Source of the DNA: Eledone cirrhosa
Lineage: Eukaryota
Direction of reading: 5' to 3'
NCBI GenBank assembly: GCA_964016885.1
Contig: OZ024741.1
Location: 148,304,001 to 148,368,000 of the forward strand
Length of the DNA: 64,000 nucleotides
Shown: positions 22,401 to 33,259 of the stretch, piece after piece
Layout of the letters: the number at the start of each line of letters is the position of its first letter
Position numbering within the stretch: the first letter of the stretch is position 1
Notes under the pieces: model-generated
What the model saw: only the letters and a program-made list of their open reading frames with translations
The model's database searches: none
What the model was told of the DNA's origin: nothing
Made by a program: the position numbers and the translations under genes

Positions 22401-25400
22401 GATACTGTGCTGGATTTTCGTGTTAAGACAGGAGCTGAGCTCTCAACTGATCACCATCTAGTTATCTTCAACCTGAGACTATCTAAAGTCAAGAAAACCC
22501 ATAAAACTGGGGTCAGGATCAGGTATGTGGGTACTATTGTATGCAAATTCAGAGAACTCCCTGTACAAACTTGGATGTCAAAACAGAGTGGGGAGACAGG
22601 GCCTTCAAGAAAAAAATTTAAAGGCAGAACAAAATTGCTTTGGGTCCTCAAGAGTGGCATAGTAAAGGAAAGACCAATGATACAAATGACATGTTTTAAT
22701 GCATGGAAGACAATTACACAGACTGTAGACATAGTATTAAATAGATTAGATGAAGCAGATGGAGAAAATCAAGTATCTTGGGGTCATACTCAGGAGTGAT
22801 GGATGGAAGCTGAATTAACTGCAAGAATTGCAATAATGGAGTAACATTTCTTGATAGTGTTCAGAGATCAGAGAGTTGTTCCAGATAGTGCCACTATTTC
22901 TCTGAATTGAGAGATTGCAGCTCCGATATTATGGGTATCTAGTTAGAATGTCTCAGGAAAGAATCAAAGGACAGATTTTATGGGCAAAGCCAACTGAAAA
23001 GTGATGATGGTTGCTTCCAATAAGACTCTCAGGAAGGTATGTCCGAGAATTTTCCCCAAAAAACCATCTCAGGAATAAATGGCTGGAGAAGAAGGAAAAG
23101 AAGTGAACAGGACAAGTATCTTAAGAAGTTTAGAGACATTTTAGATAGCCAATAAATTATTGAAAAATGCCTAATTATTCAAAATGAGAGGTTTTGTACA
23201 CAAAGTGAGTGCAAAATATAGAATAAAGAGCATACATACGATTTATTAAAAATATAGACCAGCAAATCCAATAAAATGTGTGCACAAATAGCATATAAGT
23301 TTTTGCTAAACTTCCACAAGTATATGAACATCTGGCAACGTAGAGCAACAGGGCTACTCCAGTGACTAATAGCCATGGTAAACATTCAGTGCCGTGTGTG
23401 ATCTCCAAAGAAGAAATACATATGCATGAGATACTGTTGCCAAGAAAGCAAAGGGTTTCGACCACTTCATCAGGTGCAAGGCTTTCGTCATAATACTTTA
23501 CTTTGGCACCAACACTCCTGCAAAGAATATCAGAATTTTTTGTTAAATTTTTATTATTACCCCCATCTCTAAGATGTGTGTAATAGTAAAAAAAAAAATT
23601 AATTTTAAGGGTGGTTGGTTTATAGGTTTTGTTAGAAATTTGAAAATGAGTATGGCCTTCAAAACTGTCGTCAATTACTTGTTTTCTGTGGTTCCACCAC
23701 CCAAGAACTGCATAACACCCACCCCAAAGATGGTGTAATAAAAATTTACCAGAAATTTTTTGAGAGTTCGTCAGTCATTCAATCACTAGTAAGTGGAAGT
23801 GAAAAGCAGTACAAACCTTGTGCAAGCTGTTAGTCTCTCAAAAAGATGGCGCAGCTTTTCAACATCGTAGATCTCTGCACCAACGTAAAGGACAGTTTTT
23901 TCGGCAATTGAGTTAATCATATAGGACATTGACATGAAGAGACTAAATATAGCAATTAAACAACATGGAACTCCAAAGGTGAAATTGTAAACAGGTATAG
24001 GTATGTGATCAAGAGAAAGAATAATAAGCAAAGTGAAGAGTAAGTTGTATAAATACAGGATTTTAGTTTGGCACATTGAACATACCAACAAGATCAACAT
24101 AACTACCAACAAAGCCCATTGGCCATAAAAATTAGTGCGAAAGGTTTCTATGCGTGCAAAATCCATGGTCACCAGAAGTTCAGTGATGCCTTTTGATGTC
24201 CAGAATATTGTATAAATGATGTACACAATTGCATTAAAGAAATCTTGGCGGAGAAATGAATAATAGCTGGCTGATAAGTGGCAAAATAAACTATTTAAGA
24301 ACATTGGGATTGCTGCACGAAAGTCTGTGAAGAAGCCAAAATGATAAAAAGCAAGCACTGTGGCAGGGACTACATTGCCTATAAACCCCATTCCCATTGG
24401 TTCAGCATATTTTGTGTTTTTCTTTTTTTCATTTTGTTTTGATTTTGGTGCTTTAGTTCGAACAAGAAGAACATCGTAAGGAGCATTTCCAAACCCAGGT
24501 AAAATATATCTTTGGCTGACTCCTTTTAATGTCATTACAACAACGCCATATATTCCAGATAAAGCAATAATGATTTCGAATGCAGCAGCAACACGTCTAC
24601 CCCAGAGAAAAAATAGACCAACACCTTCAAAAATCAATGCGATCATGATAGCAACCAGGACTGGAGGCATGATGTAGTTCACTGTGGCAGCACACACACT
24701 GAGGATGACAGAGAGAGCCATGAAACCAATCATTCCAGGTAAGACTCCATATTGCATTGTTGTTTGTGGCAAAGATGTCATCAGTATATGGTTGATACCT
24801 TGAATTGTCCAAAGGGAGGCAAAGACAATGAAAGCAGATCCAGTCAGGTGGTCATTACGTCGATAAGACATAAACCCGGCTAGTAATTGCAGAAATCCTC
24901 CAATCACAATCAAATGAACACCTACAATATAAAATAATACTTATTAATTACATGTCACACTTTACAAGTCTAATTGATTACTTGTTATATTGACACACTC
25001 TGTCCTTTCATATGGGATGGGGTTGGACCTCAGATACTTACGACAGCAAGTGTTCTAGTTCTTTGAACAGCAAAATAGCCTGCTCATGAAATTAATGTAC
25101 AAGTAGCTGAGATTTGTACAGACACATGTACCATTAATGTAGTTCTAAGGGAGATTCAGCTTGACACAGTGAGTGACAAGGTTGTCACTTTGAATTACAG
25201 GTGCAACTAATTTTTTTCAACTGAATGGACTGGAGCAATGTGAAAATAAAGTATCTTGCCCAGAGACTCAACGTACCACTGGGAATTGAACTCACAACCT
25301 TAAAATCATGAACCAGGCATCATAACCAGTAAGGCACGTGTCTTCACATCCTTTCATTCAAATGTTACGAGTATGCTATGTCTACAAGTTTACACTTCCG

Positions 25401-26683
25401 CATGTTTCAGACCAAAACTTTTTAGTCAATCTTATGTTCAGATGTCACTGCTGTCATCTAGGGGATGAACCCTTTTGATTATCAACCCACCCAAAACCGC
25501 CTCTGCTTCTATGAAATAAAACGATCCATTTTTAAAACTTCATAATTAGATTAAAATCTTTCAACATAATTTAATATATATATGTCTCAAAAGTCATTTA
25601 ATAATGAAATAGTTAATCATTTTTGTAAATCCTTCCAAATTCTTCATTAATTAATTGGAATGCAATATATTTAATTTAAAATATGCATACGAAAGGGTTA
25701 AAATATTTTGTGAAAGACATCTAACAATAAGGCTTTAAAACAGTTTAACAAGGCTTGTAATCTATGGACTTTACCAGATAAGGGTCAGATGCATGTTTTC
25801 ACTGCTCAGCTAAGGCAGCACTGACAAACAGATAGTTTATCACTGAGGGCCAGAGGATTGTTTCCACTGCTTAGCTATGGTGCATTTCATTTTCATTCCA
25901 ATCTTTGTGTAGCGGCTATGCTTTCAGTTTTTCGTAAAATTTTTCTGCTGTTATTTTATTTTACTTATTTATCTAGTCCAGCGAGCCATCGGGCATTGCC
26001 AAAATGCATGTATGGCCAATCTGCTTCTGCTAAAACTCTAAATAAAATTAACACCCATACACAAATAAGGGTTCATTTCACTTTATCTAGGTAGCACATA
26101 AATTTAAAACAACAAAGAACCATAATCGGTGCTTACAAATCCATTGATCATATAGAATTACACCCAAAAAATAACCTCATCCTATAACACTAAGCTGTAT
26201 CGCTTCATCCATGCGATAATATTCTATTATTCTATTAGTGTAGTGAAAGAACAGTGGTAAGATTTTAAAATTGAAACATTTATAAAACATGAGAAAGAAT
26301 ACATAACCATCGCTACCCCAATGATACGAACCTGGATAGTGTGAGAGAATGATCGCTGCTATACAGAAACCCAAATGCAATCAGCCTTGTGGTCCCAAGA
26401 GAGGGAATGGTGAAAGCCTTACTCCAGAGGATAGTGATGGAGACATATTTAAATAGGATACCAACTCACAGGGCTCACTCTTGTTGGTGGCTAACTCTAA
26501 GTAAAAGGTAAAATGTGAGAACTTACCAGCAAGGATGAGAGCAGGGGGAGAGCCATTTTCATTAAGGATGTTCTCCACAGCTACTACAATGGCTGCCATA
26601 ATGTTAGCGATGAGCCCAAGGGCACCCGGCTCAGCATACAATATAGCAGCAAACGCTTCATTTTCTTGTTTAGGTGTTTCCAT
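16315..26683 (-). CDS. 853-aa fusion protein: three GPR1/FUN34/YaaH (SatP/Ady2-type) membrane repeats plus a C-terminal YrdC/Sua5 (TC-AMP synthase) domain. Coding exons: 26683-26527, 24921-23817, 23517-23240, 22038-21841, 20014-19926, 19498-18973, 17861-17775, 16436-16315
   Basis: All 7 introns are GT-AG with matching phases (1,2,1,1,0,1,1), and the 2562-nt CDS is open to TAA at 16317-16315. Channel motifs: YAEPGALGL, GGFLQLLAG, YAEPMGMGF, LYGTFAGMTN..VPLGDP. YrdC motifs: VPTDTVYALA, KERPSEKP, YPGKIS, IRIP, SSANPSG, PSTVV. A splice acceptor just before 26691 implies an upstream exon. Confidence 0.9.
17775..17861 (-). CDS. Fusion gene exon 7 (HKIDGMICDGESRETAPSTVVNCLNISQ)
   Basis: ctcacag|GT CAC ... 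CAA G|gtaaat; YrdC 'DG...PSTVV' motif. Confidence 0.9.
18680..18925 (-). mobile_element. Second tRNA-headed SINE family; copies at about 25070-25350 (-), 15875-15995 (-), 57810-58080 (+), 1760-1910 (+)
   Basis: Recurrent TTGAATTACAGGTACAAC..GACTGGAGCAA..GTCTTGCTCAAGGA..GAATTGAACTC core. Confidence 0.7.
18973..19498 (-). CDS. Fusion gene exon 6 (YrdC/Sua5 domain core)
   Basis: cattatag|GAA AGC ... TTA G|gtttgt; encodes GGIVGVPTDTVYALA, KERPSEKP, SSANPSG. Confidence 0.95.
19926..20014 (-). CDS. Fusion gene exon 5, the 89-bp linker exon (last TM of repeat 3, GIISLYGTFAGMTNGTLQGHLVPLGDPILK)
   Basis: ttttcttattgaag|GA ATT ... TTA AAA|gtaaga. Phase 1 to 0 is exactly what is needed to join the channel exons to the YrdC exon. 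Confidence 0.85.
20262..21494 (+). mobile_element. Non-autonomous Helitron-like element in a fusion-gene intron
   Basis: 5' TCTATATACTACTAAAA followed by (GCTT)n; 3' hairpin CGTGACCCG-A-CGGGTCACG (21466-21484) followed by TTAG|T. Confidence 0.55.
21841..22038 (-). CDS. Fusion gene exon 4 (repeat 3 TM helices)
   Basis: tttctcttctatcttcatag|CC TCC ... GCA G|gtaagc; hydrophobic, phase 1 to 1. Confidence 0.85.
23240..23517 (-). CDS. Fusion gene exon 3 (N-half of channel repeat 3)
   Basis: ttgcag|G AGT GTT ... AAT C|gtatgt; encodes VETLCFLGNSISC...FYWICWSIF. Confidence 0.85.
23817..24921 (-). CDS. Fusion gene exon 2 (rest of channel repeat 1, all of repeat 2)
   Basis: Long hydrophobic ORF 23786-24913; tgtag|GT GTT CAT ... 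ACA AG|gtttgt. Confidence 0.92.
26527..26683 (-). CDS. Fusion gene coding exon 1 (repeat 1 TM1 signature YAEPGALGL)
   Basis: tttcag|GTTTAAAG-ATG...GCT G|gtaagt. Confidence 0.85.
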
Positions 26684-28967
26684 CTTTAAACCTGAAACAG
26701 AAACAAGAAACACTTGTGTAGTAGTAGTAACAAATATTTCTTTTTTGTTGTGTCCAAATAACTGGTGGAGGTCTTGATATGAAGGCTCTTTTTTTTGCCC
26801 CACCCCCTTCACACAGCTGATTCTGAGAAGATGTACCAGCTACTGCTCTTTCTCCAGTTTATGAAGAATTTGTTGAACATTGAATTTGAAAACATTGAAT
26901 AGTTTACACCAAACAGAAAAGAACATGAACTGAATACATACCATTAGTTCCCACCATTTTTACTACCAAGGAGCCCACACTCCCCCCTGCAACAACTACT
27001 TCCCCTGTACAGTGAGAAAAGCAATAAAAAAAGAGAAATGGTTATACTTAAAGAAGATTGGACACCAAACAGTGTGTATATATGTTGTTATTTTAAAAAA
27101 AAAATTGAAATTTTGAACTTAAGTTCATGGACAACCAGATGCTCAAAGAGCCTCAGGGATACATGACCCCTCAGGAATACATGGACTACCCGCAAGAATA
27201 CATGGATTCCCAGTCGTTCACAGATCTACAGGGACACTTAGACCACCCAGTTGTTCATGGGTCCCCAGCTGTTCACAGACCCCCCCCCCCCTAGGGATAT
27301 ACGGGTCATCAGCTGTTTACAGAATCCCAAGCTGAGAACCACTGATATATAGATCATTCTAGTCATCACGATGAAGGCCACAAATTAACTTTATTCTACT
27401 ATTTTCTTCCTATCTCTTTCTCAACAATTTACTCATTTTATGTACCCTTTGAAGTTCAAAACATCAGCTAGATGCTGCCTCATGTGAGGATTGGATCACA
27501 AAGGTGTTACCTCCCAGAGTATGTACCCCCTCCCCAATAATTATATTTTTTTCCTTAAACTACCAAAATATACATCTATTTGTATATGCCCTACAATTTA
27601 TGTACATGTTATGTTTATCGCATATCTTGGTTGATATTTGATAATAACAGCTAAACTAATCATTACAACTAAATTGACCAAATCTCCCCCCCATTCAGAA
27701 ATGCTTCCATCAGCCCTGCATTGACTGCAAAAACTTATATTGATCAGTGAATTATTGTTCAATTCCCCATCAACATAAGCGGATAGATAAATTAATGCTA
27801 GTGGGTCCAGAAATTAGAATTCCACATTGAAAATTAAAACAATTAAACTTCAGAACAGAATAAACATTTAAAAGTAAAAGATATATCAATAAATGGGAAG
27901 ATGTATGAATTAGTGTTAGGTTTCAATATTGGACATTAAATATTCAGAACTAATGATTAACAACTGAATGTTCTGAATTGAAAAATTAAAAAATTAAGTA
28001 GTGTCCTATGAAGTACACGACCTATATAACGTATGAGAGACAGGTAGAGAAGCTTAATAATCTGGTTACTAATAAACCCAAATAGGAAAATACTGAGAAC
28101 CAATAATGAAATATAGAAAGCAATTGTAAAGCATAAAAGGTAATAATTAATTGATTAATTAGTTAGTTAATCTCTCATTCAATCAATTAAATAAAACTGA
28201 AAATATGAAAAAAAAAATGAAAATAAATAGAAAATGAATAAGTGAATTGTGCTGAAATGGAAAATAAAGATACACGATACAAATGATTAGAGTTGACGAA
28301 CTATAGTGAGTTCAGTTATTATATATACTAAACTGGCATGTTCTTACATGGGTACTTCGGTCCAGTAGGTTCCAGTAATCCACATATAAATTCACTGGCT
28401 GTCTATCTGTCCGATGAGGCAAGAGAGGGAGAAAAGTCAGGTCCCACAGGTGAATCTCATAGCAGAGTTCCATGGAAAGCAATGGGTATTGCAGAAAGAT
28501 CAGAGGTTTCAGGTTGCTTTTGATCCTCTTAGTTGTCTGGTTGAAAGTTTGCCCTCTATTAGGCTAGGTTTGTCCACTAACAGGAATATCCAATACTCCC
28601 TACAGTGCAGGGATTTGCCAGAGTTTGCTGATAGCAGAGGCCTTTACTTCATCATATACATCATATACATCATAAAGCATTCAACAGTTAGGAGCTATAT
28701 TTTTACAGTAAACATGTTGACTAATTGGGATTGCATATGCAACACAACAATCAGTGAACAATGATGCAATTCAATTTAAGAACTCAATGTCATATTTGGA
28801 AGAAAATACATGATGTTGAGTGCTTAAATCATTATTCACTGATTGATGTCTTGTATATGCAACCCTGATTAGTGAATATGTTTACTGTAAGTATATATAT
28901 ATATATATATATATATTTATAAGTTATAAATATATATATATATATATATATATAAATATATATAAAT

Positions 28968-31900
28968 ATCATCATCATCATCATCATCATCACCGTTTTA
29001 CGTCCGTTCTTCCACGCTAGCATGGGTTAGACGGGTTGTCCTGTTGTGGGCAGTGTCTGGTCGGCTGACCATGCCTTGCTCATACAGGAACTGATCTGGC
29101 TTGATTTCTACAGCTGGATGCCCTTCCTAACACCAACCTCATTTACAGTGAGTGCTGGGTGCTTTTTCGTGGCGCCTACACGTCCACTTTACAGTGTGGG
29201 CTGGGTGCTTTTTTGCCGTGGCACCTCCACGACCACCTTGCGGTGGGGGGAGTGGGGGCATATTGTTTATATGCTTCAGCATGTACCCATGGGAGGTCGG
29301 GTACCCTGTATTACTGCGTGACGCCAGAAGTCACGGTCGTGTGTCATTGACTTTGAGAGGTGTAGTTGGGTAAGGTCAGCTTTTATCACCTCATCCCAAG
29401 TCATCTTGGGTCTCCCCACTCCGCGGTTTCCATCAACTTCTAGTGCTCTGCACCTTTTTATGCAGCTGTCATCTTTCATACGCATCACATGTCCATACCA
29501 GCGTAACCGCCTCTCCTGCACGCAGCATTTGATTCCTCTTATGCTCAGTCTCTCTCTCAATTCCTTTATGCTTTGTCGTTCACGTATATTACTGTTACAC
29601 ATCCATCGGAGCATGCAGGCTTCGTTTCTCTCTAATCTACGTAAGTCTTCCACCTTCAGCGCCCAGGTCTCACTACCATGCAACATCGCTGTTCGGATAC
29701 ACGCATCATACAGTCTGCCTTTCATTCTGAGGGAGAAGCCTTTTGCAGCTAGCAGTGGTAGTAGTTCCCTAAACTTCTTCCATCCCGTTCTTACCCTAGT
29801 TATTGTACTTTCTGAGCACCCACCTCCGTTGCTAATTCGGTCACCTAGGTAGCAGAAGCTGTCTACTGTTTCTACAGGGCCCTCCCAGAGATTGGTGGTA
29901 CTTGTTTCCTGTGGCTGTTTGCTTGCTGTTTCAGCACAGCTGCTGCATGTGAATCCTACATTCTTAATTAAGCTTCCTGAGATCCCGCTACATCTCTTGT
30001 GTACCCATTGTTTGCATTTGGGGCAGAGAATGGAGTTCCTACCTACACCTTTCCTACATACTGAGCAAGGCCATTTCCCTGAGGGGATCTGGGTTCTGTT
30101 TTCTCGTCTACTTATAAGGACCTTAGTCTTTGTCATGTTGACTTTGAGGCCCTTTCTCTCTAGTCCCTGCTTCCAGGTTTGGAATTTATTCTCTAGTTCT
30201 ACCATAGATTCAGCTATGAGTGCGAGGTCATCAGCATACAGGAGTTCCCATGGGCATCCGGTCTTAAACTCCTCCGTTATTGCCTGCAGGACTATGATGA
30301 ACAGGAGAGGGCTAAGAACAGAGCCCTGGTGGACCCCAACCTGTACGCTAAATTCCTCGCTATACTCATTGCCAATCCTAACTTTGCTGACTGCTCCCCT
30401 ATACATGGCTTGTACCGCTTTCACAAGCCATTCATCTACTCCTAGTTTTCTAAGAGCCCACCAGATTACTGCACGTGGAACTCTGTCAAAGGCTTTCTCA
30501 AGGTCGACAAATGCCAAGTAGAGTGGCTTACTTTTAGCTAGGTACTTTTCCTGTAATTGCCTCACAAGAAAGAGGGCATCAGTGGTGCCTTTCCCTGGTA
30601 CAAACCCAAATTGCATCTCGTCTATATTCACCCGGTCCCTAATCAGCTGTGCTATAACTCTTTCTGTTACTTTCATGACCTGGTCCATCAACTTTATACC
30701 TCTATAGTTTCCTCTATCTAGTGCATCGCCTTTACCTTTGTAGCAGTTGACAATGATGCTACTGCACCAATCTTTTGGTATGGCCCCCTCTAGTATTACC
30801 TGGTTAACGATACGTGTGGTTATAGTGTGACCTACAGACCCAGATGCCTTCAGCATCTCGGCAGCTATACCCGATGGACCGGTTGCCTTCCCTATCTTCA
30901 TATCTCTGATTGCCTTACTTACTACGCTGCCGCTGACTTGTACTGCTGGTCCCTCTATAGGGTCTACGTGGGGTAGGGTCTCTTCTTCCCATGCATTCTC
31001 CTCATTTAGTAATCTATCATAATGACTCTTCCATGCATCTTTCTTCTCAGCACTTGTGAGGGCAAGCTCACCTTTATCATTCCGGATACACTTCTCTCCA
31101 ATGACATCACAACTATCTCTGACACACTGCCTCGCAATCTTGAATACCTCCTGTTTCTGGTCCTCACGTTGTAAAACATGCTTGAATTTTCTATCCTCTG
31201 CTTCCCTCCTAGCTAAGTATACTTGTCGCCTAGCTTCCCTCTTGGTCTCTATGTAATGTACCCTGCTCCCCCCGTTCTTCCATTCTTTCCATGCCTGTCT
31301 CTTGGCCTTGACTGCTTCATCTACCTTATTGTTCCACCACCAAGTCACTCTCCTGCTGCTTGAGGTCTTACTCCAGCCACAAACCTCATCCGTCGCCTCT
31401 AGTAAGTTATTTTTTAGGAACTCCCAGTTCTCTTCTACGTTAAATGTCTCTATCTGTTCTTCTTTACTGTCGTAGGCGTTGAGTAAAATATCTTTAAATC
31501 TGTTACTGGTTGAGGGGACTTTCAGCTTCCAGATCTTTCTTCTCCAGGTTGGCCTCTGTTTCAGGGCTCGTCTAGTTCTGACCGTGAGGTCGCTGACAAC
31601 TAAGCTATGTTGGGATGTACATTCCTCACTAGGGAAGGCTTTTGTGTTTACGACCGTCCATCTGTCACGTCCTCTGATGAGGATAAAATCTAACTGACTA
31701 GAGTGCTCCCCTGATCTATAGGTGATCAGGTGGTTGTCGGGTTTTTTAAAGTTTGTGTTACATATCGACATGTCATTGGCGTCGCAGAATTCTAGAAGTC
31801 TGAATCCTTCCTCATTCCTTGTGCCAACTCCATGGCCTCCATGTACTCTATTGAAGCCGTCGCAGTGTTTACCTACGTGTCCGTTAAAATCTCCTGCAAT

Positions 31901-33105
31901 GATTAGGAAGTCCTTGTCGTCTGTTAGAGCAGTAGTGTGTATTAGGGACTCGTAAAACCTATCCTTAAGTTCGTCTGGCAGCGCCGATTGGGGTGCGTAA
32001 GCTGATATTATTGTGGTAATTGTCTTATTCAGGACTAGTCTGAGTTTAATGATTCTTGCATTTACCCTGTACACTGAGATTACTTTATCTACCCACTTGT
32101 CAGCTAATAGTATACCTACACCACCCATCCCATCGTCATTTCCCACCCAGAAAAATTTGTAGCACTGGCTTTTTCCTACAAGGACTCTAGCAGACCCTCT
32201 TCTCCATCTAGTCTCTTGCACACAGCATACATCAACTTCCTTTCGCTCTAGCATTTCTACGATTTCTCCTGCTCTTCCTTTCATTGAGCCTACATTGATG
32301 GTACCAACTCGGAGTTTTGGGCATTTGTCGACACTCGTAGGGGAGGGTCTCTGGGTTGGCGCTTCACGTGGGTGCTTGGTAGCTCGCAGATTCATATTTC
32401 ATCTATTGATTCAGAGTTGCTCGTGTATTCCCAGCTCATCCATCCATAACGGTGGGAAAATTGAGGGCTAGAAGAACAGTGGTGGTGGGGTAATGGCAGG
32501 GTGTGTTGGGATGCGCCAGAGGAGGAGAGAGTTAGTTAGGCAGGTAGTAGCAGCAGCAGTGGAAATGGCATGCTAGGTTTGATTGGTCGAATAGACTATG
32601 GTGGTGTGTGGGGGTGGGGGGAGGGAAATTGTGAGGTAGGAACTGAGGGTCGCATGGTAAATATCCAAGTTAATACTACATCAGTAAAATTAACAATAAT
32701 AACGTCATGAAAAAACTACTAAGAGAAACCCTCGAAAATTTATCGCTAATACAGCAGGGAAAATTTAACGCTAATACAGCAGGGAACATCATAATATTAA
32801 CGACAATATGTAGGCTAAAATACCTTCGTAGATTAGATGGATGGCTGGAAAAATTGGAATCAGCTCTAGTGATACATTTTAGCAGAGAAGAATGGGAAAG
32901 TGTCTTATCTCTTCAATATTTTCAGATTGAATGAATTAGGTTAAAGACAGGGTAGTAAGCCTTAAAGAAGTGCATAGAGAGGGGGGGGGGGGTAGGAACT
33001 GAGGGTCGCATGGTAAATAACTGAGAGAGATACAATAGGATTAGAATACCGCATGGTAAATATCCAAGTTAATAAGTTAATACTACATCAGTAAAATTAA
33101 CAATA
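28968..33105 (-). mobile_element. Full-length RTE-clade LINE
   Basis: Intact ORF, 3'UTR with (ATG)n tail at about 28968-28992, 5' region with an internal duplication, embedded in (TA)n. The 5' boundary is approximate. Confidence 0.9.
29276..32395 (-). CDS. RTE LINE ORF, 1039 aa: APE endonuclease, reverse transcriptase and PHD-type finger
   Basis: APE motifs: TINVGS, QETRW, SAYAPQ, GDFNGH, QLDFIL. RT motifs: NYRGIKL, QFGF, FVDLEKAFD, GVHQGSVLSP, LLYADD, YLG. C-terminus: RLRWYGH, GRPK. No stops. Confidence 0.96.
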   Translation of the reverse strand: MNLRATKHPREAPTQRPSPTSVDKCPKLRVGTINVGSMKGRAGEIVEMLERKEVDVCCVQETRWRRGSARVLVGKSQCYKFFWVGNDDGMGGVGILLADKWVDKVISVYRVNARIIKLRLVLNKTITTIISAYAPQSALPDELKDRFYESLIHTTALTDDKDFLIIAGDFNGHVGKHCDGFNRVHGGHGVGTRNEEGFRLLEFCDANDMSICNTNFKKPDNHLITYRSGEHSSQLDFILIRGRDRWTVVNTKAFPSEECTSQHSLVVSDLTVRTRRALKQRPTWRRKIWKLKVPSTSNRFKDILLNAYDSKEEQIETFNVEENWEFLKNNLLEATDEVCGWSKTSSSRRVTWWWNNKVDEAVKAKRQAWKEWKNGGSRVHYIETKREARRQVYLARREAEDRKFKHVLQREDQKQEVFKIARQCVRDSCDVIGEKCIRNDKGELALTSAEKKDAWKSHYDRLLNEENAWEEETLPHVDPIEGPAVQVSGSVVSKAIRDMKIGKATGPSGIAAEMLKASGSVGHTITTRIVNQVILEGAIPKDWCSSIIVNCYKGKGDALDRGNYRGIKLMDQVMKVTERVIAQLIRDRVNIDEMQFGFVPGKGTTDALFLVRQLQEKYLAKSKPLYLAFVDLEKAFDRVPRAVIWWALRKLGVDEWLVKAVQAMYRGAVSKVRIGNEYSEEFSVQVGVHQGSVLSPLLFIIVLQAITEEFKTGCPWELLYADDLALIAESMVELENKFQTWKQGLERKGLKVNMTKTKVLISRRENRTQIPSGKWPCSVCRKGVGRNSILCPKCKQWVHKRCSGISGSLIKNVGFTCSSCAETASKQPQETSTTNLWEGPVETVDSFCYLGDRISNGGGCSESTITRVRTGWKKFRELLPLLAAKGFSLRMKGRLYDACIRTAMLHGSETWALKVEDLRRLERNEACMLRWMCNSNIRERQSIKELRERLSIRGIKCCVQERRLRWYGHVMRMKDDSCIKRCRALEVDGNRGVGRPKMTWDEVIKADLTQLHLSKSMTHDRDFWRHAVIQGTRPPMGTC

Positions 33106-33169
33106 ATATATATATATTTATAGTTATAAATATTTACTAGTTGTAACCCAACAATTTTAAATATAACTT

Positions 33170-33244
<75 letters not shown>

Positions 33245-33259
33245 TATATATTCTTATTT

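Noticed and set aside
16315-26683. Bacterial contamination or a recent horizontal transfer as the source of the SatP-like and YrdC sequences
   Set aside because: The gene has seven spliceosomal introns filled with host SINEs and sits next to RPS27. An ancient transfer cannot be judged without a phylogeny.
29406-31955. Long plus-strand ORFs (148 aa, 209 aa and others)
   Set aside because: Antisense shadows of the RTE ORF.
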